From a virus, in the IMG/VR virus record IMGVR_UViG_3300020421_000003: a DNA stretch of 64,000 nt. One strand, given 5' to 3'. The notes under the pieces are model-generated. The model was not told where the DNA came from, made no database searches, and saw only the letters and a program-made list of their open reading frames with translations. The position numbers were made by a program, and so were the translations under genes. This document shows positions 29,085 through 40,100 of this stretch, one piece after another. The stretch's first letter is position 1. The number at the start of each line of letters is the position of its first letter.

Positions 29085-31826
29085 TCAATTCAGCAGCAAT
29101 GGCAAGCCATAGACCTGATGGGGTCCGAGTCCGCAACCTGTTGCCATGTAACCCGTGCCAACACCCGTGTGGATCAGTCCAGTAGCAACCTGATTCAATA
29201 GGGCACCAGTGGGCACAAATTCAGCAATCACACCAGTAGGAGATGCGATGAAGGTTGAGTGGACACCTGCACTAGATCCCATGATGATGTCATTCATGGA
29301 TGCAGGCATGGATGTACCCAGACAGATCCTAGTCTGTGTTGGTGGTGCCAGACCAGGGATAGGCAGGTCAGTAGTGATATCAATGATTGCACCATTCACA
29401 AAGGTGAATTGACCAGACAATGCTTTGAGTGGGTTGAATACTGCAACGATCTCAAATCTACCACTGTTGAGGAAAGAAGAGATCCAGTTTGCCTCGTTAG
29501 TAATCTCACCCGATGCCACGTTTTCAATCGTGTTTGCTTCAGTCTTAATAGTCTGAGAGTTAAATGCTAGTGAGTTAATTGCAGTGATCTTAACCTTTGC
29601 ACCCTGAATACTAACGTCACCAGTGTATGCAATGTCATGGTCACCCTCTTTACGAGTTGCAGACTTCTGCTCTTTCTTGTCTTCTAACTTACCAGCTAGT
29701 TGACTACCCCATGGCACTTTACCCATCTCATCTGCTTCAGGATGGAAAGGAATCTCATCAACAGGATAGAAGTGACCACCAGGCAATGCCTTGAAGTATT
29801 GATCACGCTCAGTCTGCTGAATGTGGACCATGTTGTAAGAGTTATTATTGTTTTTATTTTTCTTCTTGGTAGAAGACTTATCAGCACCACCAGTGTCCAG
29901 ACTAGCAGTCACGTCTGTGCCCTGTTGAGCAATCTTAGTTTTCTTAGCATCAGTACGATCAGTTACTTTGATTGCCTGAGCATCAAGGTCACTCTTTGCA
30001 TCAGCCTTATCTGCCTTCTTAGATGATCCCTTAGACTTTGCTTGAGGACCCTGAGAGGCATTATCATTCTTAGATCCTGTTACTTCCTCATGATAGTTAC
30101 CCATGACCTTCAGATAGAAGTCACCCTCAACTGTCAACACATAGTTACCTTTAATGGTCTCACACTTATCCTTAGCAACGATCTTAGTTTCGTTGTTGGG
30201 GATATTCTTGTGCTCGTTACCATGTCCATCTTGGAAAGAAGTAACACCACCAGGACCCTGAGTGATCTGCTTCTCAATGCCAGGTGTTGCATCATTGATG
30301 ACCTTAGCACCATTCAGTTGGGTAACAACCTCCATGAGGTTTACATTGATCTTAGTAAACATCTGATCGATGTAACTACCGCTGTTACCGCCTCCAGTGA
30401 CAGCATCATCAAAACTAGAGTATGGTGTGCCAACGATTGCTTCATTGACATTGCCACATTCCGTAGTCCCGATCAACGGGAACCACGACTTTGATTTCGG
30501 TCGTTTAATCTTCCTCCCACAATCTTTCTGGAAGAATGCCTTCAGGATGGCAAACAGGAGTTTAATTAGACCTGCCCAGTTAAGTTGAGTGAAGTCAAAC
30601 TCAAAGATTGATGTTACTGTGTCACCAAGTGCTCTTGCTTGACCAGCAATACCCTTTGCCATATCAACCGCAGCGATCACATCTCCAGCAATATCCTTGA
30701 CACGATTCATTGTCTTGGTGATACCACTAAGGATACGATTAGTAACACCCTTAACAGCAGAGTCAACACCCTTAAGTTTATCAGCAATCTTATCTACAAT
30801 CTGCGTCGCTATATTATTAGCGAACGCAGAGACATCCGATATTGCGGCTTGCACTAGCCCCAACCACATCGGTTTCTTCATACAGAAGATATCAAAGATC
30901 ATCTCAAGGAACATCATGATTGTGTTGATCACAACCAGAGGGACAAAACTAGAGATGATTTGCACAATCTTACCAACAACCTCAGCAATGAGTTTGGCAA
31001 GCAATTCTTTCAATGGTGCAAGAATACCAGCGATACCACCAGCAAGGAAATTCATGATCTTACCCATGTGCTCCATCACCTTATCGCCTGCAACCTTCTT
31101 ACCCGTTGCAAGGGAGATGAATCCACCAGGACCACTGGCAAGAGTCGCTGCCATGTTGCCCAACTCTGTGAGCATACGCTCTAGGTCAGTCGAGAAACCT
31201 TCACCACTAGGACCAGCAACACCGTCAGCAATAGACTGCTTCTCTACAGGAGGTTTAGTAGGGTTAGTAACAGCATTACCAGGCAGAGTTTCCTCAGCGG
31301 CAGAGATAACGCCGCGAGCCTCTTCTCCACCCACTGTGCCAGGAGCCCCAGGCGTGCCTGTCTGCTTCTTAGGCATTGGATGACCGTCATTTCTTTCATT
31401 ACCTGCTAAGTCTTTCTTCTGTGGAGTCTCAGTCTTCAACTTTTCTGCATTAGCACCATCAGCAGCAGTTGTTTTCTTCTTAGGATCTTCCTTTGTTTGG
31501 AATCCACGGAATGCACCCATGACAATAGGCAACTGTGCCTCATCACCGTCAAGGAAGAAACCCATGACCCATGCGCCAGGTTGCAATCCAGTGGTGGATC
31601 CAACAGATTTAGTCTGTGCTTTATCCGTAGGTAGCAACACCTGTGCCCATGGCAGCACCTTTGTAGGCATCTCTTTCGTGTATGCCTGCTTTGCCTTGTG
31701 ACCAGTATACCAACCGAGAATACGCACCTGGACACGACCTAACTCGGAGGGATCCTCGATATTCTCAACTTCCCCGATCCACCAAGTGTAACCGTCTCTT
31801 CCTAGGTAATCAGTGCGTTCTCTCAT
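29085..31826 (-). CDS. gp5: baseplate hub/central spike protein gp5-like (no lysozyme domain seen)
   Basis: WWIGEVE...DP.ELGRVQVRILGWY...LPWA...WVMGFFLDG..AQLPIVMG OB-fold; V.G beta-helix repeats; C-terminal G...LLN. Confidence 0.85.
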   Translation of the reverse strand: MRERTDYLGRDGYTWWIGEVENIEDPSELGRVQVRILGWYTGHKAKQAYTKEMPTKVLPWAQVLLPTDKAQTKSVGSTTGLQPGAWVMGFFLDGDEAQLPIVMGAFRGFQTKEDPKKKTTAADGANAEKLKTETPQKKDLAGNERNDGHPMPKKQTGTPGAPGTVGGEEARGVISAAEETLPGNAVTNPTKPPVEKQSIADGVAGPSGEGFSTDLERMLTELGNMAATLASGPGGFISLATGKKVAGDKVMEHMGKIMNFLAGGIAGILAPLKELLAKLIAEVVGKIVQIISSFVPLVVINTIMMFLEMIFDIFCMKKPMWLGLVQAAISDVSAFANNIATQIVDKIADKLKGVDSAVKGVTNRILSGITKTMNRVKDIAGDVIAAVDMAKGIAGQARALGDTVTSIFEFDFTQLNWAGLIKLLFAILKAFFQKDCGRKIKRPKSKSWFPLIGTTECGNVNEAIVGTPYSSFDDAVTGGGNSGSYIDQMFTKINVNLMEVVTQLNGAKVINDATPGIEKQITQGPGGVTSFQDGHGNEHKNIPNNETKIVAKDKCETIKGNYVLTVEGDFYLKVMGNYHEEVTGSKNDNASQGPQAKSKGSSKKADKADAKSDLDAQAIKVTDRTDAKKTKIAQQGTDVTASLDTGGADKSSTKKKNKNNNNSYNMVHIQQTERDQYFKALPGGHFYPVDEIPFHPEADEMGKVPWGSQLAGKLEDKKEQKSATRKEGDHDIAYTGDVSIQGAKVKITAINSLAFNSQTIKTEANTIENVASGEITNEANWISSFLNSGRFEIVAVFNPLKALSGQFTFVNGAIIDITTDLPIPGLAPPTQTRICLGTSMPASMNDIIMGSSAGVHSTFIASPTGVIAEFVPTGALLNQVATGLIHTGVGTGYMATGCGLGPHQVYGLPLLLN

Positions 31827-31847
31827 TTGAATAATAATTCTATGTGA

Positions 31848-32315
31848 TTATTTATCGATCAAGGTGAAGAGGAATTCACCTTCTTCTTCAGGTTTACCCC
31901 ATGCTTGCTTATCAGTTTCAGTATTCCATCCTTGATCCAATGATCTGTAGTCTAGTCCGTTGAATCGGATCCTAGACTTAATCAGAAACTTACCTACCTG
32001 ACACCAACCATCAGGAATACCTGTCCACCATTTACCATCCCAAGTCCAGATAAAAGGACAACTGTCCTCTCTGCTTAAGTAGTTATAGGTGTCAGTCCTG
32101 ACAGTTGTCTCAGTCGTCTCAGTTATTCTGTATCTTAACCAGTTATATGCGTCCTTCTCGCCTTTATACTTGTACCAGGACTTGGATTCAAAAATTCCAG
32201 ATGATGTTTGCCAAATCCTGATATCTATCTGTGGCCATTGAGAGGGATTACTCTGTGCCTGCAGTTTATTACGATAGTGCCCATATAAGAGCTCCTCAAA
32301 GTTATTCATTTTCAA
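31848..32315 (-). CDS. cpeT: T-type phycobiliprotein lyase (CpeT/CpcT-like)
   Basis: GHYRNKLQAQSNP..WP, SKSWY, SLDQG.......WG..GEF.F. Confidence 0.85.
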   Translation of the reverse strand: MKMNNFEELLYGHYRNKLQAQSNPSQWPQIDIRIWQTSSGIFESKSWYKYKGEKDAYNWLRYRITETTETTVRTDTYNYLSREDSCPFIWTWDGKWWTGIPDGWCQVGKFLIKSRIRFNGLDYRSLDQGWNTETDKQAWGKPEEEGEFLFTLIDK

Positions 32316-32353
32316 CCCTTACATGGTTATTATAATAATTTATTGGAGGTTTG

Positions 32354-32581
32354 TCAATCCTCGTAAACTAAACACTCAGGTTCCGAAGGATTCTGGTCGC
32401 AGAAGAGCTCCAGATATGTGGGATCATGATGATCTCCTGCTTCAATCTCTTTCTTGTGATGCTCAGCATAATCCTCCAATTCATGCAACTCGCCTTCAAT
32501 GTGGCGACGTTGATTGGGTGAGATCATAGGATTGTCTAGGATCTCTTTGTCTTTTTGGATGTGCTTTTCGATGCTTTCCAT
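32354..32581 (-). CDS. cp12: CP12 Calvin-cycle inhibitor
   Basis: C-terminal LELFCDQNPSEPECLVYED; RRH...EL.EL..Y. Confidence 0.93.
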   Translation of the reverse strand: MESIEKHIQKDKEILDNPMISPNQRRHIEGELHELEDYAEHHKKEIEAGDHHDPTYLELFCDQNPSEPECLVYED

Positions 32582-32586
32582 TTCAG

Positions 32587-33957
32587 TTACTTAGTGGGAA
32601 TTGAGTCTCTAATCAAAAGCAATTCAGAACTACAACCTTTCTTGGTGTAGGTAAATGTATGGGCAGCAATGAGATACTTCCCGCTAAATTTCCTATCCTT
32701 GGTAACACTCTTACCCTTCTCGCGAGATCCAGGTATGATGAGTTTAATAACGTCCCCTGCACAGAGTGCAGTGTTTCCAGGCACCTTGATGGTTAACTGA
32801 ATTGCTTTCATTAAATTATATCTAGCCGCTGCGTATTCTGCAACCGCCAAAGTGTCAAAGTTTTGAGTCCCATTGTCAGGATCTCCTTGCGGTTTACCTG
32901 TACTGCCTTGCTGATGGGCAAGTGCTGGGATGATTCTCATCTTTTGTCTAGTAGGCGATGCACCCTCCCCCTTCACCTCTTCAGGCATATTGAATGGTGG
33001 TGAATCATGAAGGGTCTTAGCTCTCTTGAAGATAGCGTCAAACGCGGTTTCTCTAGCAGGATATACCGTGCCTGAGGGTGAAGACTTCTTGTCATTACTA
33101 CCGCCTGACTGTGTAGCATTACTTAGTGTAGGCATAGTCATACAAATACCAGTGGTAACTGTTTTATATGTGCCCATTCTCATATGTCTGAGATGGTTTG
33201 CCTTATCAGGATATTGAATCGATTCAATATTGTAATACCCAGGATCTCCCTCTTCTAGTTGACCCTGCTGTTTGTATGTATATGAAAATTCAAACCCCTG
33301 CTCACACAAAGAGTCAATAGACTTAAAGTTATATCCTCTCTGAGTTTCATAGAATAAGAATCCAGATTGTTTCTGAGATCCCGCACCAGATGTCACCCTA
33401 GTAACCTTGTCCGAGACATATGAGATAAGATCTACAGGTCTCCAGTTGGGAGATACAACCATAACTCTAGAGTGTTTTTCAAAATTCTCTTCCTTAAGTC
33501 TCTTGCCAGGTGCTTTCAGGTATTTCTTACAGACAAACTTGGGAATGTTTTCAACGTCCTTGGATCCACCCTCATCAATAGGACCAAATGCTTTGAAGAC
33601 TTTGAATAATTCATTGTTATACATCTCTGGTGAGCAACAGAAAAGTTTATACATCTGTCCTCTCTCAGATTTGATGATGTCACCAATCTTATAGACTTTG
33701 AATTCTAACTTCAAGATGCCTTTATCATCCGCTGATAAAGTTTTTAGATTGACTTCAACCTTCTCACCACCCTGCAAATTCAAGTTAAAGTCAACAGAGT
33801 CAATCATCGTCAACTCTAGGCGTACAAATGGTGCCTCAATAGACTCATAGTAGACAAAATTTCCCACTAGATCCTTAATGTCATACTCTTCCTCATTAGT
33901 GAGCGTAGTTAGAGAAATTTTGTTACACTTAAATTCTCTTGATGCGTTGTTTGCCAT
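32587..33957 (-). CDS. baseplate hub protein (gp27-like)
   Basis: YYESI..PF...L...DS, GFLFYET..GYNFKSIDSL, VPGNT.L.AGD.I, SGKYLI...LIRDS. Confidence 0.65.
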   Translation of the reverse strand: MANNASREFKCNKISLTTLTNEEEYDIKDLVGNFVYYESIEAPFVRLELTMIDSVDFNLNLQGGEKVEVNLKTLSADDKGILKLEFKVYKIGDIIKSERGQMYKLFCCSPEMYNNELFKVFKAFGPIDEGGSKDVENIPKFVCKKYLKAPGKRLKEENFEKHSRVMVVSPNWRPVDLISYVSDKVTRVTSGAGSQKQSGFLFYETQRGYNFKSIDSLCEQGFEFSYTYKQQGQLEEGDPGYYNIESIQYPDKANHLRHMRMGTYKTVTTGICMTMPTLSNATQSGGSNDKKSSPSGTVYPARETAFDAIFKRAKTLHDSPPFNMPEEVKGEGASPTRQKMRIIPALAHQQGSTGKPQGDPDNGTQNFDTLAVAEYAAARYNLMKAIQLTIKVPGNTALCAGDVIKLIIPGSREKGKSVTKDRKFSGKYLIAAHTFTYTKKGCSSELLLIRDSIPTK

Positions 33958-36900
33958 TACATTAAGTTACTAAGGGTGGAATTAAACTCAGTGAGGACAC
34001 CAAATTTAGGCATTAGGAAGTCATCAGCGTCATTCTTATCCTTGCCAGGGACAATAATTTCATTAGATTCACCACCCATGATAGGTGCTTCTTCTTGATT
34101 GGTAACAATGGGTTGCATTGCGGCATCACGTTGAGTAGTCAGTGACTTCAATTTATCTGCTCTACTTTCAGTCTTCTTCTGCTGACCCTCTTCTACCTTC
34201 TTACCACTGTCATTAGTGCTCGTAGTGGAATCCAAAGATTTACCCAATTCTCCGAGACCTTTACCCAAGACACCATCTTTACCAAATAGTCTCTTGATCT
34301 TCTCATCAGCAGTTTCTCCTTTTGATTCTGTCTTAGTCTTCTCTGCTTTTTTTGCTGCTTTCTCTTCTGCCTTACGTTCTTTATCGGTTACGACAGCATC
34401 CTTCATAGTCTCAGGTGCTGCAAACTCATTGTCAGCGCCAGGTTTGACAGACATCTTGGTTACAGGATCTATCTGATAACCCTCTGTTGCTGCCCTCGCT
34501 GCATTTTGATCGTTAGCACCTGCTGCTTTATGATCTTGGAATGATTTATCAAACCAGTATGCGGTATCTGCCTTGGGATGAATCTTAATATCTTTGATAT
34601 TTGCTGGTGTAGATGTCCCCTTCGTGCCTTGAGTCTTATGTCTATTGGCAATGTCAGTCTTCAGACCACCTGAATTCATTACTGCCTTAAATTCATCACT
34701 GTCTGGTCTAACACCAGCTCTCTCTTCACCCATTCCAAATAGGTTACCTGCCTTAGTCCTCTTGGACATTGACTTGATGGTTACCGATCCATCAACATAT
34801 CCATAAGTTACATAGTAGGACTTGTCATTTAAGACAACTCTACTTGCTTGGAAACTATCTTTCTTATACTTTACAGGATCAAACTTACCACCAGCAGCAA
34901 ACTTAGGCAGGAGTCCACCCTTAGAGAAAGGCATGGAGTATCCACCACGAGTTGCCTCACCTATTCTCTGATTAGTAAGACCAGGATTAGTTCTGGTTGC
35001 AGGAGTGTCAAATGGCACAACAAATGCACCACCACCTGCAAATCCCTTCATACCGACCCACTCAGTGCCATGACCGATGAATGATGTTGTAGCACCACCA
35101 TCCAGTGACACAGGGTAACCAGACTGAGGACCAGAGATCCATCCACCCATCGCTGCTTGTGGGATCTGACCACCCTGAGCGAATCCAAAGAAGTTACCAA
35201 CAGCACCCAGGAGACCACCTGCTACTGCCTTCACACCCTTGAAGATAGGATGATCTACGATTGCTTTGAATAGTTTACCAATCAGTGAGATAGTGCCATT
35301 ATCACCAGCGATTGCCTCTAGGAGTTTCTCATCCCAGGTCATTCCTGGATCTTTTTGTGCCTTTCCTTTATCCTCACCCTTCATATCTTCTTTATTGGCA
35401 GCACTACCACCAATAACAGAAGTCGATACACCAAAGATCTTAGCAAGAGGTGCGATCATTGCACCTAGCATGTTTCTAATAGGTGCAGGGAGGAATGCTC
35501 CGAATACTTTACCAATGCCACCGATGGCAGTCATAATGCCAACACCCAGTGCTTTGAATGGGAGTTGCATCAACTGACCGAAAGCTTTAGCAACCTTCGC
35601 AGTCTTGCGAAGTTGCTTTGCCATCTCATCTTGCAGGTTAAATGACCCACCAGATGCCATCTTAGGTTGGACCATCTTAGCGGTCTGGAAGGACCCTCCT
35701 GCTGCCTTACCTGCCTTACTCTTCTCCTTATCTACCTCATCTGTCTTAGGTGCAAAGAATTTCAGCACCGTAGTCAGTGCTTTGATTCCCAGGAATAATG
35801 GTGCAAACATAACCTGGACACCAATACCCAAGATCTTACTGATCATTGGGAGGTGGGGCTCGATGAAGTCAAGCACCTGAGTCATTACTGCCCCAAGGAC
35901 TTCAAAGAAACCACTCAGATTATCTTTAATAGGTGCCATCACCTGCTTAAAGACATCACCAATCATGCCGAAGAATCTACCGATTGGTTTGAAGATGGGC
36001 TCCATAAACCCACCGATTGCTTTACCTGCCTTACCACCAACGAATGCACCAGCAGCACCACCGATCATCCCACCAAGGGGACCACCGAGTTTATTACCAA
36101 TAGCTTCACCAACCATGGCACCACCAGCGGTGCCTACACCAGCACCAACTGCCTCTGCATTGCTAGCACCAGCAGCTTTCTCACCTATGAATGAACTAAC
36201 ACCTAGACCACCAGCAATCAAACCCTTACCGAGTCTGGTGCCTGCAAACTTCCTAAGCTTGGCACCAGCTTTCGCTGCCTTACCAATGTTTAGGATACCT
36301 TTGATCAGATTACTGACAACCCATCCGACAGTCTTAGCAGTCGCTAATGGATTCTTGAGGAATGCTATCCCCAGGAATATGGGAGCAGCAGACAGCAGAA
36401 ACTGTCCTAATCCTATAATCCCCTTCAGGGATATAGGATTCTCCATAAACTTCACCAGTCCATCAAACGCCGACCCTACAAGGAATGACGTTATCTTAAA
36501 GACAAACTTACCAATAGCAGCAAGTCCTTCTACAAGTTTCTGGACCTTATCTGGATTCTTAGAGATCCAATCCAATGCAGCAAATGCAATGAAGATCTTA
36601 AAGATACCACCTAAGAATCTAGCAATAGCACCAAGGAATCCACCGAAGGCACCTTTTGCTGCCTCCTTAAAATTCTGGACTACCTGAGATCCTGCCTTCT
36701 TTTCCTTCTTCTCGCTCTTATCTTCTAACTCTTCTCTCTTCTTCTTATTCTCTCTACGCTTCTCTTCAGCAGTTTTCTTCTTTTCTCTTGCTGTCTCTGC
36801 TTTATCTGCAGCAATCTCTTGCTTCTTAGTAATATTGTCGCCTCTGATCTTGGCAGAGACTCTATCCTTCATCGCTTGAGTCATTGCCTCTACTTGGAGA

Positions 36901-37106
36901 GCAATGCCATTCATCGATGCACCCAAGGAATTCATACCTGAGGTGATAGACTTAAATGCTTTATCCTGATCCTTGACAATCTTACCTAACTCATCAGCAG
37001 CAGTAAGAGGCGTAAACTTCTTGCCACCACCAGTGCCCCTATAAGATATCATCTTATAAAGTTTTGGTTTTGAGACCTTAGTTGCTGGTGCTTTTGGTGA
37101 TGCCAT
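33957..37106 (-). CDS. tape-measure-like/baseplate hub protein
   Basis: Charged helical N-terminus, GxxxG-rich amphipathic repeats, AxGG motifs; paralogous layout to 37106..40660. Confidence 0.6.
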   Translation of the reverse strand: MASPKAPATKVSKPKLYKMISYRGTGGGKKFTPLTAADELGKIVKDQDKAFKSITSGMNSLGASMNGIALQVEAMTQAMKDRVSAKIRGDNITKKQEIAADKAETAREKKKTAEEKRRENKKKREELEDKSEKKEKKAGSQVVQNFKEAAKGAFGGFLGAIARFLGGIFKIFIAFAALDWISKNPDKVQKLVEGLAAIGKFVFKITSFLVGSAFDGLVKFMENPISLKGIIGLGQFLLSAAPIFLGIAFLKNPLATAKTVGWVVSNLIKGILNIGKAAKAGAKLRKFAGTRLGKGLIAGGLGVSSFIGEKAAGASNAEAVGAGVGTAGGAMVGEAIGNKLGGPLGGMIGGAAGAFVGGKAGKAIGGFMEPIFKPIGRFFGMIGDVFKQVMAPIKDNLSGFFEVLGAVMTQVLDFIEPHLPMISKILGIGVQVMFAPLFLGIKALTTVLKFFAPKTDEVDKEKSKAGKAAGGSFQTAKMVQPKMASGGSFNLQDEMAKQLRKTAKVAKAFGQLMQLPFKALGVGIMTAIGGIGKVFGAFLPAPIRNMLGAMIAPLAKIFGVSTSVIGGSAANKEDMKGEDKGKAQKDPGMTWDEKLLEAIAGDNGTISLIGKLFKAIVDHPIFKGVKAVAGGLLGAVGNFFGFAQGGQIPQAAMGGWISGPQSGYPVSLDGGATTSFIGHGTEWVGMKGFAGGGAFVVPFDTPATRTNPGLTNQRIGEATRGGYSMPFSKGGLLPKFAAGGKFDPVKYKKDSFQASRVVLNDKSYYVTYGYVDGSVTIKSMSKRTKAGNLFGMGEERAGVRPDSDEFKAVMNSGGLKTDIANRHKTQGTKGTSTPANIKDIKIHPKADTAYWFDKSFQDHKAAGANDQNAARAATEGYQIDPVTKMSVKPGADNEFAAPETMKDAVVTDKERKAEEKAAKKAEKTKTESKGETADEKIKRLFGKDGVLGKGLGELGKSLDSTTSTNDSGKKVEEGQQKKTESRADKLKSLTTQRDAAMQPIVTNQEEAPIMGGESNEIIVPGKDKNDADDFLMPKFGVLTEFNSTLSNLM

Positions 37107-40100
37107 TACTTAGTGAGAAGTGGCGAAGGTTTGGTATACACTGCGCTAGTGCTCCCTCCTGTATTTATCGTCTGTCTAACCTTTTGTACAACCAATTTCT
37201 CCATAACAACAGGCACAAAATCTGATTCCCCATCACGTCGTGCTTTTTCTTCAATTGCTTTGAGATTCTTGACAGCTTTAGCTTGGTTAGATCCTAGTTG
37301 CTTAATCTCAGTCGTGCTAGCTGAGGTTGATGTAGCAACAGGGTTTCCAGGTTTCTCTGCAGCAGATTTAGTGGGAGTATCTTTGGGCACGTTGGTGCTG
37401 ATCTTTGTCAAGGCAGATGTTAAACCTGACTTGAATGCTTCCATCATCTCTTCAAGAGTCTTGGGTTTCGCATCAGCAGTATCACCGCCCTTATTATCGC
37501 CTCCACCGCCAGCGTTGGCATCACCGCTGCTACCAGCAGTACTGGTTTCCGTCATGCTAGACGAATCAAATTCTCCACCGAGTTGATGTGCAGCGTATGA
37601 TCTATGATCTGATGGTGTCGCATCTAGGTGGACATGGACCAGTCCACTAGGTTTGTTACCTTGTAAACCAATGATTGTATTGGGATTAACCATCTGACCC
37701 ACTGATGCTTTGATTGAATCAAAGTGGTGGAATTGCATACGGTCTTTGCCATTTTTGGCAATGACTACAGTATACCCAGAAGCATGGACAACCTTACCAT
37801 CCACACCAGCAACTACAGGTGATCCTCTATCTTTAGATTGGTCACCAAAATCTCTAACAATCACATAGTCTCTAGGGACAATAGGATGTCCACCTAGTCT
37901 AGCATTATTGTAACTATCACTATCAGGTTTGTTATGGTGGAGAGGATACTTACTGAATGGTGTTTGAGGTGTCAGATGCACATCAGGGACAGATCCATTA
38001 GTGGCAAGCAGACCGCCTGCCGCAAACCCCATAATCTCCTTTTTCTTCCGAGTCTTCTCTGCTACGTCCTCATAGACAGATATGGTGGGCTCACCCATAC
38101 CGACGCGAGCGCCACGTTTGACCCTACCACCCTTTGCCAGTTGCTCGAAAGCATCATACATCATCTGAGGTTTGATGTGCGCTACATTGACACCATCCCC
38201 AGCATAGAAACTAGCACCACCATCATCCTTTGGAATTGCAGCCCAAACTCTTGACAGTCTGAGCATTGCCTCCTTAGGATTCTCCTTCGCCATCTGCTTG
38301 GAGACCTGTGCCTGACCAGGACCGATTAGATATTCAGCAATCAGTTGCTGATTCTCTGCATTGTATATGTCCTTTTTAGGGTCAAGACCTACTGCTACTG
38401 CTCTCTGATTGAGATACTCTGGTAAGTTTTGCCATGCACCAACAGCACCTGTTGCCTTAGAAGCAACGTCAGCAATGGGCATTCCAGATGCACCAGGCAA
38501 TGTAGTGCCTGGATACATTGAATCATATCCACCGCTACCAGCTTCATACTTTAGAATTAGATTAAGTACTGGAGCCCATCCGCCTTCAATCTCTCCTACA
38601 GGAGACCCACCACCACTACTGGTGCTTCTTGGACTTTTTGGAGTTTGACCACCAGGATTCTTCTGATTTTCAATCTGCTTTGCTAATTCAGGATTGAAGA
38701 TCTTGATACCACTGAGAAGTAGTTTGTTTAACCCCTTATCAATCGCATTGTAAATATTTTCTTTATAAGTAAGATTCTTAACTGCCTCAACCTTTTTCTT
38801 TTCAGACTGACTTGCTTGGAATTGTACACTATTACTTACACCACCACCAGCAACGCCACCACCACCAGTGCTGACCTGCACACCTAGTCCACCAGCAATC
38901 TTCTGAATGTCAGGTGCTAGGACAGCTTTTACTTTATTACCAACAAATCCAAATGCACCAAATGATCCCACTATGGTCTTAAGGTAGAGACCACCTACCA
39001 TGCCCAGCATGTCAGGGTGACTACCAAACTGTAGAGCACCACCCGCTGCCATATGTACAGGACCACCTGCTGCCTTCTTATTCTCTTTGTCGAAGTCAAA
39101 CAGGTTGAATGTCAACGCATCAGCAATACCACCTGCCACAGAAGCAGGATTCATCAGACGCTTGGCATTATTGACGACAAACTGGACAGTGCCCTTGATG
39201 GCATCCATCATGCCACCAAAGATAAACCCAATGAAGTCACCAAGGACCTTGGCAGCATCCATTAGGACTTTGCCAAGTTGACCTATGAAACCAAATATCA
39301 ACCCTAAGGGCTCAGCGAGTTGCTGGAAGAGAGGTCCGATGGTCATCTTGACCACCTCAAACATCATCTTAAATGCTTTACCAATAGGTCCGAAGATAGG
39401 CTCCATGATTGGACCTAACTCTTTACCTACCCACTCACCTAAGAAACTACCGATCGCATTACCAACGATAGGTGCAAAGGGTCCTAGGAAGGGTCCCAGG
39501 AGTGCTGTGCCAGCGATACCGCCAACTAGACCACCAACACCCTGACCGACGCCAGCACCAATAGCAGAGGATGCCTTCTCACCACTCGCAAGACCTGATG
39601 CGATCCTTCCAGCGCCTCCTACGACGCTCATACCGACGTTTAACTTACCGCCGAGCTTACCAAATGCTTTGTTAGCACCAGCACCAAATCTCTTGCGTGC
39701 TGCAGATGCTTTACCTTTGAATTTAGAGAAACGACTCTCTTTACCAAATCTGTCCTCAAATGCTTTTCCAGCACCAGGATTCTTGCGGTCTGCCCTTGCG
39801 GCAGACTTCTTCATCGCTTCGTATTCTTCTTTGGAGTATATAACTCCAGTCTTCTTATCTCTATATCCGCTCTTTCTTACCTTCTGGTTAGCATCCTGCT
39901 CTGCAGACTGCTGGTTGGACATGTTGAAGATCATTCTCAGACGATTAACGTCCTTCATCAACTTCCAAGGCATGATCAGATACTGTGCTGTCCTAAGCGC
40001 AGCAAGACCACCCATCATCTGCACAACTCCGAGTATGCCTCGGAATGCACGTCTGATCGGACCTTCTTCCTTAAAATTACCAATTACATTAGTCAGTCCA

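Noticed and set aside
35965-36687. Long plus-strand ORFs (also 30697..31383, 39669..40529, 57110..57628)
   Set aside because: Antisense shadows of well-supported minus-strand genes; no motifs or RBS.
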